A DNA stretch of 64,000 nucleotides from Ramazzottius varieornatus (taxonomy: Eukaryota > Animalia > Tardigrada), in NCBI GenBank assembly GCA_001949185.1, contig BDGG01000002.1:1727631-1791630 (forward strand), written 5' to 3'. The translations under genes were made by a program, and so were the position numbers. The stretch's first letter is position 1. Each line of letters begins with the position of its first letter. The notes beneath the pieces were generated by a model. It had not been told where the DNA came from. It worked only from the letters and a program-made list of their open reading frames with translations, and did not search any database. Below, one piece after another: positions 58,572 through 64,000 of the stretch.

Positions 58572-61035
58572 TCAAGCGCACAACGGCGTTTTATAAACGC
58601 CATCGATCAAGCCAATGTACAGTTCAAAGGGAGTAAAAGCTAGCCCGTACACCGACGACGCCGCCGTTGTGTCGCCCACTTCTTGCGCCATGGATCGTGT
58701 CTGTGAACAGAAGACAACGCGTGGAACCAAGAATACCGCGCTGACGTCCAGGAAGTGGCGAGAGAGTAGATACCTTGACGGCGTACCGGGGGAAACGTTT
58801 ATCCCAATAACAGACCGCGTTGTAGTTGGCGTGACCGCTCAACAGGGAGTAAAGACCGTCGCTGGCGAAACAATACACTGCAGAGTCCATGTCGGAATCC
58901 AGCTCGATCGCGCATTCATTCTGCAAAGAAAAGATACACACGTCTCGATGTCCGGAAATAAATGTTCAGAAAAGTAACATCATTTAAAGACCAAGAGAAA
59001 CAATCAAGAAGTGATTGAGGTTCGGATTTTCGATCAAACAGTGTGGTCGAGCATTAGTAAGGTTTCAGCGAAGAAACTTACCGTTCGCAAGTCCCATTGC
59101 CGTAATATTCCGTCGTGTCCACCGCTCAGCAAGGTCTGGTGGTCGACGAACTGGGTTCCCAGTGTTCCAAAGCCATGCTTGAATCCATCATCCAAATTTC
59201 CAACCATCGATTCTGCGAACAGAAGTCGAAGACTAATGACAAAGGATGCAATTCGTTTCAACTTGGGCTCGGGGCATGTAAACCGAGGCAGATCGTTTTC
59301 ACCAGTGGCGCACGATTTCAGCCAATAACAACAAAAAGCTACGCTTCGTGAGGTAACGATCTGGTCCTCTCTTTCTCGGTTTTTCTTTTCAGACAGGATA
59401 AAACTATTATAACATTTAGTTTAAAAGGGGCGATTGTTAGCATCGGATCGTTACTTTTCTCGAAGTCGTACAGCCGGAGATTGGACGGTTCAACCTCGAA
59501 GACCTTCACCGCTTCACTTCCCACTGGTTCCTTGAAGATGCGAACAACAGGCTTCTTGGCCGTACCGGAAGTGCCCAAGGCGATCACCGGGTCCACAGGA
59601 TGAATGGCCACTGACCACAGACGATCATCGACGTTGATCAGAGCCAGCGAGGAAACCGATTCTTCTTACCCTCACAAGGGAAACGAAATAATTTATCAAT
59701 TTTATCCTTATCAAATTATGATCTTGAAAATCTCTGCTCACACCAATCCAATCGTCAATCTTTTCAAAATCGCATTATAACTTGAGAAAGGCATACCCAG
59801 ATCGAACAAAGAGACGGTGTGGTCTCTTGAGCCACTGACGACGAGAGAATCCCGCACGGCGACGGAATGAACGTCAGAGATGTGCGGCTTGATCGTCAAA
59901 ACTTCCTCGTTGACTTGCCCAACATCTCTCACACTCACGGAACCATCCCTGGACCAGCAAAGATGCATGTTACAGCTTTCAACATGCTCTCGTTGCAGGG
60001 AGAAGGAAGACATACCAGTGACCAGTGACAAGACGCCGAGAGCTGACAGCAAAGTCCCCGACGTTCCACGTCGGTTGATCATCCCGCCGGAACTGTTGAG
60101 CTCGTCGAGGGTCTGTCGTTAGTGTCTGTGCAAAACCAGGCTGCAGCTTCCAAGGAAGCCGCACGACGGCCTCGGCGTCCGATGTCCAGACACCGACATC
60201 GTCGACAAAGACTTTGTGCATGCATAGACGATTGCGAGGCGGACCGGAAGTACGGCTGGACTGTAAGGGAAACTTGAGACGAGTTGGCTGCTGGGACAGC
60301 GTTTCTTTGCTCTTACATCGAGTGATGAGATGGCACTGTGTCTTGGCTGGCAAAGACCTCCATGCGGTGGATACCCTGAAATCACAGAACGTATAGTTGG
60401 GAAATTGGGATAGAAGGCGAATAGATAAATTGAAAATCTGCCGAACCGCATGACACAAACCAGGTTCAACTTAGTTTTGGCAAACCGCGCCGTTGTTACA
60501 AGAAAACCAAAATGACGGAAACAGTGAGTCACCTCAAAGGATGGAATTTTGGCACGCCATATAGCGCAAACGAAACAGCTAACTCAAATAATAAGTCAAA
60601 TTTAGAATTTCGAAAATTTGGATCCATTTGAACTGATTTTCTCGTTACTGTTCGTGATTTCTTGCGAGCTCGCAGCTGTTAACCTTGTTTTCAGGATTAC
60701 TGGCACCTGCGGGAAGACACAGGCTTGCTGGGCTGGGAATAGCAGTTGCTCGTTCGATAACCACCGTTAGAATGGATCTAATGAAACCTTCATAACAGAA
60801 CTCACCACTCAATGCTGGAGCTGCCGATGCTCGGACCACGGAAAGGCAAAAAGAATTTGCGAAGAAGTTTCCTCCACAGCAGTTCATCAGCACACAAAGC
60901 GGAAAGTTTACGGTTGACGAGAGCAACACTGGCCAAGGATGCCACTTCACAGAAGCAGAATATCCTCAGCAGCACCTCCACCGGTAAGTCTTCCAGAAAG
61001 ACGCTTTGCGACGACTTTGAAGATCCATTTTCCAT
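58572..61035 (-). CDS. FBXW4: F-box/WD40 protein, FBXW4-like
   Basis: F-box LEDLPVEVLLRIFCFC..LWRK; WD repeats VVSGSRDHTVSLFD, LLSGGHDGILRQWDLRT, DSAVYCFASDG..YWDKR, SSVYGLAFT resembling the FBXW4 C-terminus. Confidence 0.78.
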
Positions 61036-63810
61036 GCTCTACAGGACCTGTGATCACAGAAAGTCAGTGTGTATGCTCCGTGAACTGAAAGACGTCAAGT
61101 GCAAAGAGGATAACTTAAAAATAAAACATAGAAAAATCAGCCGGAAAAAATGCATTTCCGGTCGGTTTTGCCCCCACAGCTCGCCATAACCGTAATATAA
61201 CTTACGTGTATAATCACTATGACATGAGTTAGATGACATAACTCAACGCCTACCCGATACCCTAACGTTACAGTATGTCAATAAGTTCTCTTGAAGTCTT
61301 GATTGCCTGCGGGTTTAACTCATTCTAAATGCACGAATCGCTTTTGGCGTTTTGCCCTATTTGTTGTGGTCTTACCGTTTTACTCTTTTCTGGAATGTTG
61401 AAGTTGTTGCCCGTTGCCCGATTCCGGTTGCCTGTTCCGCGAGCAGCTGACGACAATGATCTCTTCCTCGGCTTCAGGAAGCCTCCAGAAGAGTCTGCTG
61501 GCTTTCGCTGCTCGTCCCCACCGTCGTCTTCGCCGGCCCAGGCAGCATCTTAGCCTATGCTGGAGAGAATAGTCAAACCGGGCAAGTTCGTCCCTTTGAA
61601 GAAGATTGCGCTGGACCAGCTGCCGCTGGCTGTTTTCCTTTCGCTGTGGCAGTTCGTCGGCGGCGATGGTTTTGAAGAGTCTGGTACGTAATCTGGAAGA
61701 TTCGTTGAGCTTTTTCAGGCATAGACTGTAGAGGGTATGTTCTGAAAGCTGGACTGGACACTGGACGTGGGCAATGGACAACATCAACAAGTTTCCGACC
61801 GGACTTCTCCATTAACACCTTGAGCACGACGCGATTTTGTGTTTTCGGAACACGAGGTGAGAAGGACCTGGCAGACCGGCTCACTTTGCCTCCTCTTAAC
61901 TGGTTGAGGTCGGTGGGCGGCAATTTGACAAACCAGTCTGAGCCAACCGAGAGCCTTGCTGAACGAAAATTTACTAGCCACGACGAAATTTCATCGAAAA
62001 CGGAAAAAATTCCGGGCAGTTTTTCCATAGCCACTGTTCAGTGGCCGTTAGTTGCAGTTTCAGTAGAAGGTGGTTCTTCAAGCAAACGTAAAAGAAGCGG
62101 GTGGCAAAAGTTGAGCTGGAATCTCGCTTGTACAAGGCGCTCGCACCAACTTGCTACCGCCCATGAAAGGATGCCTTTTCCGAGTGGATCATTACTTAAC
62201 TTTCAAACTAGTTTTTCCTGGTCTGACATCCTATTTGCAATCTCGTAAAAAATTACCGACCAAAAATCTTTTCAGCAGGAGTCGTAACCGACATTAAGCC
62301 GAGAGTCTATCGACTTTCTCAGTTTTTGGGGTCGTTTCCAGAATCCAGTATTTCAGTTTTTCGTCCAAGTTATGCGGCAGTGCGATTCAAAACAGTTAGA
62401 TTACGAGCTGGATCACTCGAAAAGTGATTAAAACCATAAATTTTCCGATCAGGTCAAAAGCGGAAATGTTTTCATAGAGCAAGGTTTCCCGGCAAAATAG
62501 TCGAATTTGCTGTTTGAAATTCATTTGCTGAGTTATCTTGATGTTCTCGTGGATCTTTTTAATTTTCACGGACAACCAAGACAGTTGTTGGCCTGTTGAT
62601 AACAGATGTCGGATCGAAACTCTAACATGGGATCCTGTGGACAACAGTTTTAGCCGTTACGGTAGGTCTTCCCTACCGGAAGTCACAGTAGTCAGATTCG
62701 TCAAGCTGCTGTTCGGTATCATAACACGGCTCACACACCCTGTCCCAGCCAACTTGCTACCGCTCATTATATTGAGTTGGTCTCGACTCGATTATTGTAC
62801 AACGTCCGAACTACTTTACCTTGGTTCAACATCCTATTTGCCATCTCACCAAAATTACTGGCCGGGAATCCGTTCACAGGAAGTGGAAATCGACATAAAA
62901 GTAGAAAAGGTGCAAGGCGAAAAAAATCACAACTTTTGCAGTTTTTGGGACCGTTTTCGAAAATTATTTCTGCAGTGTCTTACTGAGCACCTGCAGTTTT
63001 TGTTGGAAAAAAATTAAAACCGAGTCTGAGCCACACACAGGAGAATCGGAAACGTGAATCTGCCTTCCTGAAAGAGAGCAAGAAGTTTCGCCTCAAAACG
63101 GCTTTCCCGCAAAATGGTCTAACTCACTAGTTCCATTTATGATTCATTTGCCGAGCTAGTTCGATATTCCTATGGTCTCTTTTGCAATGACAACTCAGAA
63201 ACTTGTGGGCCTAACATCATCAGACTGGTGATCGCAGCTCACATACAGAATTCTGGAGACTGCATTTTAGTCGTGGCGACATGTCTTCCCCACCGGAAGT
63301 CATATCAGTGGACTGTTCAAAGCTATTTCTTGCTGTAACCTATCGAGTCATCGCTCACTTGACAGGGCATAAAAAGTTGCATGAGCACTGTTGAGGAAGG
63401 ATCGGATAACCAGCAACTTGAATTTTTTGGCGTCGAAGTTCGAGGTGGTAGCAAATGGCTAGGACAAGATGTAGTTCAACCGAAACAGCTTGAAAAGTTG
63501 TATGAATAGTGTCCAAGAACAGGCGGAAAAGAAAAAATCTGATTTTTTCCTCGTGGAAGTAACAGGTGGTAGATAGTTGGTGCGAACGCTCTGTAGAAAG
63601 AGAGCTTCCCGCCCCGTGCTCATGGTGCTAAAAAAGATCCCACACGGAATTTGGTCTTTGGGAACACCCCAAAATTCTTTCTGTTCTGTAGCGCTGTCAG
63701 TTTGCTCTGGAACCCCTATATGGCGTTCGTCATTCGGGAGGCGCCGGTGGACCTGCCGCTGACAAACACTTATCCTGAAACAAGAAAAGATTGATCCGTT
63801 GTAGCAGTTA

Positions 63811-63956
63811 CTGTAAAAATTCGATGCGTCCGCGCAGTAAGTACGCCTACGTGACGATGCATCCCCCGTAGGGGGTTGAACAGGCAGTCAAGCCGGACCT
63901 GGGCTGTACTTCGCATATAAGATGATGTACTGCGCGGACGCAGCGAATTTTTACAG
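63811..63956. mobile_element. TA-flanked MITE (Tc1/mariner-like), 146 bp
   Basis: TA|CTGTAAAAATTCGATGCGTCCGCGCAGTA ... TACTGCGCGGACGCAGCGAATTTTTACAG|TA near-perfect TIRs. Confidence 0.75.
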
Positions 63957-63958
63957 TA

Positions 63959-64000
63959 CTGTAATGCTTCATGAACTTGGCGAAGTGAGTCATCATACGC
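63959..64000. mobile_element. Start of a second MITE (family of 53621-53763), truncated by window end
   Basis: CTGTAATGCTTCATGAACTTGGCG matches the 53621 terminus; shares the TA with the previous element. Confidence 0.55.

Noticed and set aside
61380-62034. Overlapping minus-strand ORFs upstream of the F-box gene
   Set aside because: May be a small gene, but no frame or family could be established.

Overview
Eukaryotic (animal) genomic DNA: gene-dense, roughly balanced GC, most introns 60-100 nt. Gene content and compactness suggest a tardigrade-like ecdysozoan (inference, not verified). Genes in order: AHCYL1/IRBIT-like (+), MFSD1-like transporter A (+), flavin monooxygenase (+), MRP/ABCC transporter (-), a receptor-guanylyl-cyclase-like gene with a PstS-type ectodomain and a degenerate cyclase (+), a globin (+) convergent with a PDZ-containing nitric oxide synthase (-), a gustatory-receptor-like gene (+), a sulfotransferase hit by a transposon (-), MFSD1-like B and C (-), a zinc-less astacin homologue (+), complexin (+), an unknown membrane protein (-), a CCAP-like precursor (-) and FBXW4-like (-). 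Several MITE-like elements are present. Main highlights: (1) the pseudo-rGC / globin / NOS trio, where the NOS lacks a recognisable calmodulin-binding helix; (2) the PstS-kinase-pseudocyclase receptor; (3) a dispersed, mostly intronic palindrome AAGTGGCGCA-N27-TGCGCCACTT with near-invariant spacing in about 15 copies. Gene models were spliced by eye; CDS coordinates span first to last coding base including introns.
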